A DNA stretch of 15,645 nt from positions 1-15,645 of the forward strand of contig CAXHAT010000184.1 in assembly GCA_964014485.1 (NCBI GenBank). Direction: 5' to 3'. Every line of letters begins with the position of its first letter. Within the stretch, counting starts at the first letter, position 1. Origin of the DNA: an uncultured Deferribacteres bacterium. GTDB taxonomy: Bacteria > Zhuqueibacterota > Zhuqueibacteria > Zhuqueibacterales > Geothermadaptataceae. Positions 8,125 to 15,645 of this stretch are shown here, piece after piece. The position numbers and the translations under genes were made by a program. Under the pieces are notes generated by a model. It ran no database searches. It was not told the origin of the DNA and worked only from the letters and a program-made list of their open reading frames with translations.

Positions 8125-8152
8125 GTAGGGGCTCAAAATTTTGAACCCCTAC
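8125..8152. repeat. GTAG-type REP-like palindrome
   Basis: GTAGGGGCTCAAAATTTTGAACCCCTAC, a 28-bp palindrome with one mismatched pair, lying between genes. Confidence 0.8.
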
Positions 8153-8197
8153 AGAGCCAAAGCGTCTTCGTTATTCGATAGAAGATTTGCAGATTTT

Positions 8198-10618
8198 ATG
8201 TCCCGAAAAAAGCGCAAAAAGAACAAACCGGCTCCGGCGAAACCTCAGGTCGAAAAGGAACAAGTCGAGGAACCGCGGCAACTTCAGCCCGCGCCGAGTC
8301 GCAGTAAGCGGCTCATTCTTGCCATCGGCGCGCTGTTTTTGCTCGTTTTGATCATTGGTTACAATGCGCTTTTTTTCAACACGCTCGTTTCAACCGGCGA
8401 CAAAAAAGCAGAACGCCAACCCTTCCCCGCCCCGACTCAAAATACATCCGCCAACGCTGTAAAATTTGAAGACTTCGCCGGTTCTGAAGCGTGCGCCGCC
8501 TGCCATCAGGAGATTTATGATCTCTGGAAAAACTCCACCCACGGCAAAGCGGGCGGTCTGCCGCAAGAAGTCAAATTGCTCGGCGAATTTGACGGCAAAA
8601 CTCGAAAGTTCAAGGACGGCGCCGTCAAGCCTGCGATCAATTCAGACGGCCAACCCTATTTTGAAGTCGAGCACAGCGGGCTGGGTGAGCAGGCGTTTAC
8701 TGTCGACGCTATTGTCGGAGGGGGCCACATGTACGGCGGCGGCACGCAGACATATTTCTCGCGCTTCCCGGACGGTACGATCCGCTTTCTGCCGTTTGAT
8801 TATATCCGCGACGAAAAGCTTTGGTTCGGCGAAACAAAAAATCGCGGCTGGATTCCTATCGACGAAAACTTGTCGATGACCGAGCTTTCCGAGTGGCCGC
8901 CGACGAGAGTTCTTGGCGCGCACAGTGATTTTGAGAACTGCCAGGAGTGTCACGGCAGTCAAATCCAAACGACTTTTGAACCGGCGCAGCGCAACTACAT
9001 TTCCAAATTCCAGACGCTGGCAATCAATTGCGAATCGTGTCACGGGCCGGGGCGCGAACATATCGAATTGGCGCAATCCGACGATTTAAACGACCGTGAG
9101 AAAATCGGCGTGGCCGCGCTTGAAACGTTCAGCAAGGACGCTTCGCTCGACGTTTGCTTTCAATGCCACGCGCTCAAGGATGTGCTGGAGCCTGGCTACC
9201 TCCCGGGCAAAAATCTATTCGAGCATTATGCGCTAAAATTTCCCGTTCTGGGCGACAACCCCTACCACGCCGACGGGCGCATCAAAGCTTTCGGCTACCA
9301 GCAAAATCACCTGTTCAGCGATTGTTACATTAACGGCTCGATGACTTGCGTCGACTGCCACGATCCGCACTCCCAGGGCTACCGCGACATTCACGGCAAC
9401 GCGCTTGTCGGCAAGTTCGATAACGCGCAATGCACGGATTGTCATGCGAGCAAAGCTGTGGATATTTCACAACATACCAAACACGAGCCGGATTCTCCGG
9501 GCAGCGAGTGTACAGCTTGCCACATGCCGTTTTTGCAGCACAAAGCGATGGGCGATCAGCTCAGATTTGCACGCTCCGACCACACCATCCCCCTGCCCCG
9601 TCCGGCCTTCGATTCAGCGCTGGGGTTGGAAAACGCTTGTCAGGGCTGTCATCAGGATCAATCGGTCGATTTTCTGGAGCAAAAATCCGTTGAATGGTGG
9701 GGCGAGCGAAAACCGCACAAACCCATCGTCGCCGCTCTTGCGCAGGCGGAACAAGGAAAACTTGACGCCGATTCACTATTCGAGCTTCTTGACCCAACCG
9801 ACCCGTTTCTTATCGCACAGACGGCCGCCTTGAGTCGGTACATCGAAGAAAAACTCCGACCAGACATGCCGCTGGAGAAAACGGTCGTTGAAAAGTTCAA
9901 GGCACTGTCACAGAGTTCAGATTTGGACTTAAAATCTCTCGCGCTTGCGGCGCTTCATTTTGCGGGAGATACAGATGACGACGTTCATAATTTTCTGGCG
10001 AAACAACTTGTGAACCTGGGCGAAAACGAATCCGCCGTGAGGAAGCGTTGGTCGGTGGCGCTGGCCTGGCGCGGCGGCGTTTATCGTGACGCTGGGCGAT
10101 ACACAGAAGCGATCCAAAGCTATTCAAAAGCGCTCGAAATTCTGCCGGAGAATATCGAAACTTTGCAAAACCTCGGACAAACCTACCGCCTTTCCGGCCA
10201 GACCGATCTCGCCATTGCCAGTTTTGAAAAAGCAATTTCGTTGTCGCCGACAGCGTCCAGCGCTTTGGTCAATTTGGGCCTCGCTTATTTGGACAAAGGC
10301 GAGTCGCAGCGCGCCGTCGACGCTTACCGCCGCGCCGCCGACGTGAATCCGCACAATGCACTGGCGCATTTCAATTTGGGAAACGCCTCCTATCGTGAAA
10401 ATGATCTCAAAAGCGCCATAGAGCACTACCAAAACGCTGTTCGCATAGATCCGGCACTGGCCTCGGGACACTACGCTTTGGCGCGGGCCTTTTTAAGTGA
10501 TCAGCAATTTAAAAACGCTCACAAATCCGTCACGGCCAGTCTCGTTTTTGAGCCTAATCACGAAAACGCTCAGGCCATGCTCCGCGACTTGAACGCCTAC
10601 TTGAATCAGCGCGATTAA
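8198..10618 (+). CDS. Membrane-anchored multiheme c-type cytochrome (8 CxxCH) with C-terminal TPR repeats, about 806 aa
   Basis: Basic N-terminus (MSRKKRKKNK), one hydrophobic helix, then CAACH, CQECH, CESCH, CFQCH, CVDCH, CTDCH, CTACH, CQGCH, a helical linker and about 5 TPRs (e.g. NLGQTY..AIASFEKAI, AHFNLGNASY). ATG 8198 is preferred over TTG 8141, which falls inside the palindrome. Confidence 0.9.
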   Translation: MSRKKRKKNKPAPAKPQVEKEQVEEPRQLQPAPSRSKRLILAIGALFLLVLIIGYNALFFNTLVSTGDKKAERQPFPAPTQNTSANAVKFEDFAGSEACAACHQEIYDLWKNSTHGKAGGLPQEVKLLGEFDGKTRKFKDGAVKPAINSDGQPYFEVEHSGLGEQAFTVDAIVGGGHMYGGGTQTYFSRFPDGTIRFLPFDYIRDEKLWFGETKNRGWIPIDENLSMTELSEWPPTRVLGAHSDFENCQECHGSQIQTTFEPAQRNYISKFQTLAINCESCHGPGREHIELAQSDDLNDREKIGVAALETFSKDASLDVCFQCHALKDVLEPGYLPGKNLFEHYALKFPVLGDNPYHADGRIKAFGYQQNHLFSDCYINGSMTCVDCHDPHSQGYRDIHGNALVGKFDNAQCTDCHASKAVDISQHTKHEPDSPGSECTACHMPFLQHKAMGDQLRFARSDHTIPLPRPAFDSALGLENACQGCHQDQSVDFLEQKSVEWWGERKPHKPIVAALAQAEQGKLDADSLFELLDPTDPFLIAQTAALSRYIEEKLRPDMPLEKTVVEKFKALSQSSDLDLKSLALAALHFAGDTDDDVHNFLAKQLVNLGENESAVRKRWSVALAWRGGVYRDAGRYTEAIQSYSKALEILPENIETLQNLGQTYRLSGQTDLAIASFEKAISLSPTASSALVNLGLAYLDKGESQRAVDAYRRAADVNPHNALAHFNLGNASYRENDLKSAIEHYQNAVRIDPALASGHYALARAFLSDQQFKNAHKSVTASLVFEPNHENAQAMLRDLNAYLNQRD

Positions 10619-10737
10619 CGTCTATCCTTAAAAGCTCCAATCTCGTCCCTCAAATACGCATTTCATCCCAAACCCTGCGGGCAAGTATTCTCGAATTCGT
10701 ATTTCTCATGGAATCTGTATTATTCCGGAGGTTTTGA

Positions 10738-13200
10738 ATGAAATCCAAACTCTACTGTTTTTCCATCGCGCTTGTTTTGACTTTGCTCTTCGGCCTTGCC
10801 AATGCACGGCAAAACGCGCGCGTCAACATCAAAGGCTACGTCAAGGACGCCAAGTCCGGCGAGACGCTGCCTTACGCAAATATTTCCCTGCAAGGCACGC
10901 AATTCGGCACGGCGTCGAACGTGAACGGCTATTTTGTGCTCGTCAATGTCCCGGTCGGCGCTTGTACATTGCGGGTGCATTACATCGGCTATGAAACGGC
11001 GTTGGTTCCCGTTGACGCCGAGAAAAACATGGGCGCGCTGACGATCAGCATGAAGCCGCGGGCTTTGGAGGGGGAAGAAGTGGTCGTCACGGCGGAGAAT
11101 TCGCAGACGATGGAAATCGCGGAGACGGTCAGCCAACTCAGAATTTCCCCAAAAGAAATCGCGAAATTGCCGTCGGTCGGCGAGGTGGATATTTTTCGTT
11201 CTTTGCAATTGCTGCCGGGCATCAGCGCGGTGAACGACGGTTCCGCCGGGCTTTACGTTCGCGGCGGTACGCCCGATGAAAACCTTGTCCTGTTCGACGG
11301 GATGACGATTTACAACGTCGATCACTTTTTCGGCTTCATCAGCGCCTTCAACGCCGACGCGGTCAAGGACGTGCGCGTATTCAAGGGCGGCTTTCCCGCG
11401 AAGTACGGCGGGCGTACCTCGAGCGTGGTCGAATTGATCGGCAAGGACGGCAGCTACGATGATTTTGGCGCGGACGGCTCGGTCAATTTGCTCAGCGGCA
11501 GTGGCGTTTTTCAAGTTCCGGTCGCGGGCAGGGGCGCGTGGCTGGTTTCGTTCCGCCGATCTTACACCGACATCATCAGTAGCGGGCTTTACGACAATAT
11601 TTACAATGCAATCAGCGGCAATAACAACAACGGCGATGACGCTGAAACGCAAACGCCAACGCCGTTTCAGGGCGGACCGGGCGGACGCTTTCGTCAGTTC
11701 GCGGCGCAGCAGGAATCTTTCGTGCCGGAATTCTATTATTACGACTTCAACAGCAAGTTCACCTTCTCCCTCACGCCAAACAATATTTTCTCCTTCAGCG
11801 TTTATAACGGCAAGGATAATCTCGACGAATCGCAGGATTTGGGGCAGCGAACTTTCAGGGCGACGCCATTCAGCGGAACAGGAGATTCGACGGCGACCGC
11901 TTTTATCAACGATAAAACCAATTGGGGTAACACCGGTTTGAGCGGAAAATGGGCGCGGGTCTGGAGCGACCGCCTGTACTCGAGTTTTCAAGCCGCGTAT
12001 TCCGTTTATCACAGCGAAAGCGCCAGCGGCTTGAGCACGGGCGGCGACACGCAAAACCAAATTCGCCGCGCCTTCAGTTCAGATGAAGAAAACGAAGTCA
12101 TCGATTTCACCCTGCGCTTCGATAACGAATTCCAGCTTTCCGCCACGCACAAGTTCGAATTCGGCGCGTCCTACACCGACTCGGACGTATCGCTGAATTT
12201 CGTCGCTAACGACACGATCACGATTTTGCAGCGCGACGACAATGCGCGGCATTTTTCGTATTATTTGCAAGATCAGTGGCAAATTTTCCAGCCGCTGCAA
12301 GTTACTTTGGGGATGCGCGCCACAAACTATGAACCAACGCAGACGACCTACTGGGAGCCGCGCGCGTCGCTTCGTTTTAATCTCAACAGCCGCATTGCTC
12401 TGAAAGGCGCTTGGGGGCAATATCATCAATTCGTCAATCGCGTCGTCAACGAAAACGTGCTGGAAGGCAACCGCGATTTCTGGCTTTTGGCCGACGACGA
12501 TCTTGCCCCTGGTTTCGCCGAGCATCGCATCGCGGGCGTGAGCTACGAAAACCGCGACTGGCTGTTCGACATCGAAGCGTATCACAAGGATTTGGACGGC
12601 GTATCTGAATTTTCGCAGCGTTTTCGGCGTTCGCCGGACACGGAGCCGGAAGATTTGTTTTTTACCGGAACCGGCGTTTCCAAAGGCCTCGAATTTCTGG
12701 CGCAAAAAAAGAGCGGCAAATTGAACGGATGGGCGAGCTACACTTTGGGCAAGGTTGAGTACAACATTGCGACGTTCAACAACGGCGATCCTTATCCAGC
12801 GGATCAGGATCGGCGGCACGAATTGAAACTGGTGAGCAGCTATCGGCTGGGAAAATTTGATCTGGCCGCGACCTGGGTTTACGCTTCCGGCGCGCCCTAC
12901 ACGTCCCCGGAAGCGCAATATTCAATCGAATTGCTCGACGGCCAAACGCGCAGCTTTATTCACGTCAGCGATAAAAACGTCAATCGCCTGCCCGCCTATC
13001 ACCGGCTGGATTTGAGCGCGTCGCGGCGCTTCAGCAGCAATACTTTAAACTTTGACCTCGGCCTGTCAGTTTTCAACTTTTACAATCGCGCCAACACATG
13101 GTATCGCGAATACTTACTCGACACAACGCCGGTTGTCGTCCGCGACGTGACAACGCTCGGTTTCACGCCGACGGTGACTTTCAAGGTTGGCATGCGGTAA
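10738..13200 (+). CDS. TonB-dependent receptor with N-terminal carboxypeptidase-regulatory-like domain, 820 aa
   Basis: Signal peptide, IKGYVKDAKSGETLPYANI..GT.SN.NGYF, plug motifs LQLLPGI..GLYVRGG..ENL.L.DG and GFPAKYGGR.SSV, barrel motifs RLPAYHRLDLS and SVFNFYNR.N. RBS GGAGG. Confidence 0.95.
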   Translation: MKSKLYCFSIALVLTLLFGLANARQNARVNIKGYVKDAKSGETLPYANISLQGTQFGTASNVNGYFVLVNVPVGACTLRVHYIGYETALVPVDAEKNMGALTISMKPRALEGEEVVVTAENSQTMEIAETVSQLRISPKEIAKLPSVGEVDIFRSLQLLPGISAVNDGSAGLYVRGGTPDENLVLFDGMTIYNVDHFFGFISAFNADAVKDVRVFKGGFPAKYGGRTSSVVELIGKDGSYDDFGADGSVNLLSGSGVFQVPVAGRGAWLVSFRRSYTDIISSGLYDNIYNAISGNNNNGDDAETQTPTPFQGGPGGRFRQFAAQQESFVPEFYYYDFNSKFTFSLTPNNIFSFSVYNGKDNLDESQDLGQRTFRATPFSGTGDSTATAFINDKTNWGNTGLSGKWARVWSDRLYSSFQAAYSVYHSESASGLSTGGDTQNQIRRAFSSDEENEVIDFTLRFDNEFQLSATHKFEFGASYTDSDVSLNFVANDTITILQRDDNARHFSYYLQDQWQIFQPLQVTLGMRATNYEPTQTTYWEPRASLRFNLNSRIALKGAWGQYHQFVNRVVNENVLEGNRDFWLLADDDLAPGFAEHRIAGVSYENRDWLFDIEAYHKDLDGVSEFSQRFRRSPDTEPEDLFFTGTGVSKGLEFLAQKKSGKLNGWASYTLGKVEYNIATFNNGDPYPADQDRRHELKLVSSYRLGKFDLAATWVYASGAPYTSPEAQYSIELLDGQTRSFIHVSDKNVNRLPAYHRLDLSASRRFSSNTLNFDLGLSVFNFYNRANTWYREYLLDTTPVVVRDVTTLGFTPTVTFKVGMR

Positions 13201-13218
13201 AATCTTCGTTCCGTTCTA

Positions 13219-13354
13219 AACGCAGAGACGCAAAGGACGCTGAGATGCGCCATGAAAAAAATTGAACTATCACAATGTCTGAACTATCAAACGGGCTTCA
13301 AACTTCCGTTTTAAAAATCTCCGCGAAGCTCTCCGAACTCCGCGGCTCCGCGTT
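13219..13354. repeat. Imperfect inverted repeat element with 9-bp periodic arms (CGCAGAG type)
   Basis: Left arm AACGCAGAGACGCAAAGGACGCTGAGATGCGC (13219-13250) and right arm GCGAAGCTCTCCGAACTCCGCGGCTCCGCGTT (13323-13354) are 22/32 complementary by hand count. Confidence 0.75.
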
Positions 13355-13444
13355 CAGTCACAAATTTGAAGGCTGGCTCTGGCTCATCCAGCTTTGAAGA
13401 TAGCAAATGACATGTTCAACTTGAGAAATGAAGAGAACTAAAAG

Positions 13445-14275
13445 ATGAAAATGTTACTCAAAATCCTTTCGACAATAATGACAGCAATGCTGCTGGCTTG
13501 CAACAGCGATTCCGCCCTTTTGCCGGAACGCGATCTCGTTGTTGTGCGCGCTTATCTCTACGCAAATGAGCCGGTCACGGATGTTCAACTGACCACGACG
13601 TACCCGATCACTTCGGATACGACGGCAGGTTTGCCAATTAACGACGCGGCGGTTTCGCTGGAGAAAAACGGGCAAAGCTATCCGCTCATTGCTTCCGCCG
13701 GGGACAGCGGTTATTATCATTATCCCGGCGGCGATTTGCAGGTCGATGTCGGCGACGTTTTTACAATTAACGTCGAATATCAAGGAGAATTCACCACTGC
13801 TGAAACCACGATTCCGCAACCGCCGAACGCGGTGACGATTTCCGAGAATGAACTCGTTATTGAAACGCCGACGGGGTTTCCGGGGCGCGGCGGACTGCCG
13901 TTTGACACCTCGTCAGTGACGGTGAATTGGCAGGCGGAAGATGACGCCTTTTTCTTTGTTATCATTGAAGCGCTGGAGGAAGAACTCACGCCGATTAACG
14001 AAGGCCGCTTTGGGTTTTTCGCTCGCGGCATTCGCGCGTTTCGTTCGCGTCCCACACGAAACAACCAGTATCCGATCCGCCAATTTGACCTCGCCTATCT
14101 TGGCGATCATCAGGTTCGTGTTTACAAAGTGAATCAGGAATACGCCGATCTCTACGCTTTCGGCTTGCAGGATTCGCGCAATCTCAACGAACCTTTGAGC
14201 AACGTTCAGAACGGCTTGGGCGTGTTTGCCGGATTCAGCAGTCAAACGGTTGAATTTGAAGTTCGGCAAGAATGA
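13445..14275 (+). CDS. DUF4249-like lipoprotein, probable partner of the TonB-dependent receptor, 276 aa
   Basis: Lipobox LLAC, VVRAYLYANEP, PINDAAV, ETTIP and C-terminal EPLSNVQNGLGVFAG. Located directly after the TBDR. Confidence 0.82.
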   Translation: MKMLLKILSTIMTAMLLACNSDSALLPERDLVVVRAYLYANEPVTDVQLTTTYPITSDTTAGLPINDAAVSLEKNGQSYPLIASAGDSGYYHYPGGDLQVDVGDVFTINVEYQGEFTTAETTIPQPPNAVTISENELVIETPTGFPGRGGLPFDTSSVTVNWQAEDDAFFFVIIEALEEELTPINEGRFGFFARGIRAFRSRPTRNNQYPIRQFDLAYLGDHQVRVYKVNQEYADLYAFGLQDSRNLNEPLSNVQNGLGVFAGFSSQTVEFEVRQE

Positions 14276-14303
14276 GTTGATATTTTAGCTTCGTGTGTTG
14301 TTT

Positions 14304-14426
14304 TTTTGACGGGATTGACCGGATCGACAGGATTTGAATTTCAACTCGTTCCCAAATTTTATGCAGGACAAGAATTGAAATTTTTCTCAAAGTTTTATCC
14401 AGACAATCCAATTAATCCCGTCAAAA
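14304..14426. repeat. Imperfect inverted repeat element with 9-bp periodic arms (GACAGGATT type)
   Basis: Left arm TTTTGACGGGATTGACCGGATCGACAGGAT (14304-14333) and right arm ATCCAGACAATCCAATTAATCCCGTCAAAA (14397-14426) are 24/30 complementary, with the outer 13 bp perfect. Confidence 0.85.
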
Positions 14427-14460
14427 TTTACTTTTTGCAAGAACCACGAACGGCAAGTTT

Positions 14461-15645
14461 ATGCTTGAAAATTATCAATCATTCGGCGGGATTCATCCTG
14501 AAACGGCGGCGGTGAAAAACGTTTTGGCTTATCACGGCGTGAAAGCGCCGCACACCGGGGAACCGTTTTCGGAAGCCATGCTTTTCGGCATTTGCGGCGG
14601 CGTTGGGATGTGTTACATCTTGTGGGAATTCAAGCGCGAAGGCCGCACCGAGCCGATTCTTGTTCTGGCCTTTTGCAACAAATCGAACTACCCCGTGAAG
14701 CGTCTCACCAATTTGTGCAATCGTCTCAATGCAAAATTGACCGTCAAAGAAACCTCCGGCAAAAAACTCGCTGAAAAGCATCTGGCGGAAGCACTGGATC
14801 GCGGACAGCCAGCCATCGCCGTCGTTTCCGAGAGCCATCTTCCATACCTCTATAATTCATCGGACGATGAACTCTGCTACGGCAAACATCTCACGATTAT
14901 CGACTTAAACGAGACCCGCGCCATCGTCGATGATCTTGGCGAAAAGCCGTTCTCTATTTCCCGTGAAGCGCTCACTCTTGCCCGCAACGTCGTGCCCAGC
15001 TACAAAAATCGGTTGTTCTTGATTGAACCGCCGCAAAGTTTCGACCTTGAACCGGCGATTCGCGCCGGGATTCAGGATTGCGTCGATTATCTGAGTGCAA
15101 AATCTGACTCTTTCAGCCTGCCGGCAATCAAGAAATGGGCGCGGATGATGACGGATGGTAAAAACAAAAAATCCTGGCCAAATGTTTTCCAAAATCCGGG
15201 CGATCTGTACTCAAATCTTCTCGGCGTTTATTTAGGGATCAAATACTACGGCACGGATGGCGCAGCGCTTCGCGAGCTTTACGCCGACTTTCTTGATGAA
15301 TCCGATTCTGTTATCTCAAATTCGATACTCTCAGAAGCCGCTGTCGCCTATCGCGAATCTGCGGCGTTGTGGCAAAATTTTGCGGAGCTTGCCTTTCCCG
15401 ACAAATATTTCTCGCAAACAAAAAAGATATTTGCTGAGAAGGATGAAATTTATAAAGAGCAAGGAGACGTCGGCGTTCAATCGATGCTTGAATTGGATAA
15501 AAAGCTCTCAGCTTTGGCTAAAAAATTCCGCTCAAATTTTCCGATGAACCAAGGTGAAATCAACGGCTGGGTTGAAAACATGGCGAGTTCCTTGGAACGG
15601 ATGTTAGAAGCGGACCAACCTGCTTTGGCCACACTTAAAAGCTGC
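14461..15645 (+). CDS. BtrH N-terminal domain / DUF4872-like protein (3'-partial, at least 395 aa; absent from the ORF track)
   Basis: Translated by hand with no stop to the window end: MLENYQSFGGIHPETAAVKNVLAYHGVKAPHTGEPFSEAMLFGICGGVG...LPYL...GAALRELYADFLDE...AAVAYRESAALWQNFA. SEAMLFG.GGG, LPY and R.LYADFL.E are family hallmarks. Confidence 0.82.
   Translation, partial: MLENYQSFGGIHPETAAVKNVLAYHGVKAPHTGEPFSEAMLFGICGGVGMCYILWEFKREGRTEPILVLAFCNKSNYPVKRLTNLCNRLNAKLTVKETSGKKLAEKHLAEALDRGQPAIAVVSESHLPYLYNSSDDELCYGKHLTIIDLNETRAIVDDLGEKPFSISREALTLARNVVPSYKNRLFLIEPPQSFDLEPAIRAGIQDCVDYLSAKSDSFSLPAIKKWARMMTDGKNKKSWPNVFQNPGDLYSNLLGVYLGIKYYGTDGAALRELYADFLDESDSVISNSILSEAAVAYRESAALWQNFAELAFPDKYFSQTKKIFAEKDEIYKEQGDVGVQSMLELDKKLSALAKKFRSNFPMNQGEINGWVENMASSLERMLEADQPALATLKSC

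Noticed and set aside
8141..8197. TTG start for the cytochrome
   Set aside because: Lies inside the REP-like palindrome; ATG 8198 gives a more plausible basic N-terminus.
10720..12918. Long antisense ORFs (446 aa and 279 aa) over the TBDR
   Set aside because: Shadow frames from codon bias; no recognisable motifs and almost entirely overlapping a clear gene.
13369..13395. AAGGCTGG/CCAGCTTT stem as a terminator
   Set aside because: Short stem with an 11-nt loop and a weak U-tract; function cannot be supported.
14306..14515. 69-aa ORF MTGLTGSTG...
   Set aside because: It is the translation of the 9-bp periodic inverted repeat and overlaps the real ORF at 14461.
14479..15547. Short track ORFs (14479-14838, 14592-14774, 14905-15192, 15257-15547)
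   Set aside because: All are alternative frames of the single long ORF starting at 14461.

Overview
Bacterial window in two parts. The left part (1-~5870) is a decaying accessory island bounded by an IS21-family remnant (3' end of istB plus right terminal repeat ending at 656) and an IS5-family element (4381-~5863). It holds a minus-strand corrinoid methyltransferase-like operon. That operon has an IS-truncated C-terminal fragment of an MtaB-like methanol:corrinoid methyltransferase and four tandem URO-D/MtaA(MT2)-family paralogues: two intact, one internally deleted, one shattered with a 42-bp near-perfect palindrome at its deletion junction. The right part (5862-15645) is all plus strand: an SRPBCC protein, an SGLT-type sodium:solute symporter, a membrane-anchored 8-CxxCH multiheme cytochrome c with TPRs, a TonB-dependent receptor, a DUF4249-like lipoprotein, and a BtrH-N/DUF4872-like ORF that is missing from the ORF track because it runs off the end. 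Several right-hand spacers carry short palindromic repeat elements. Family calls come from motif recognition by eye; no database searches were run.
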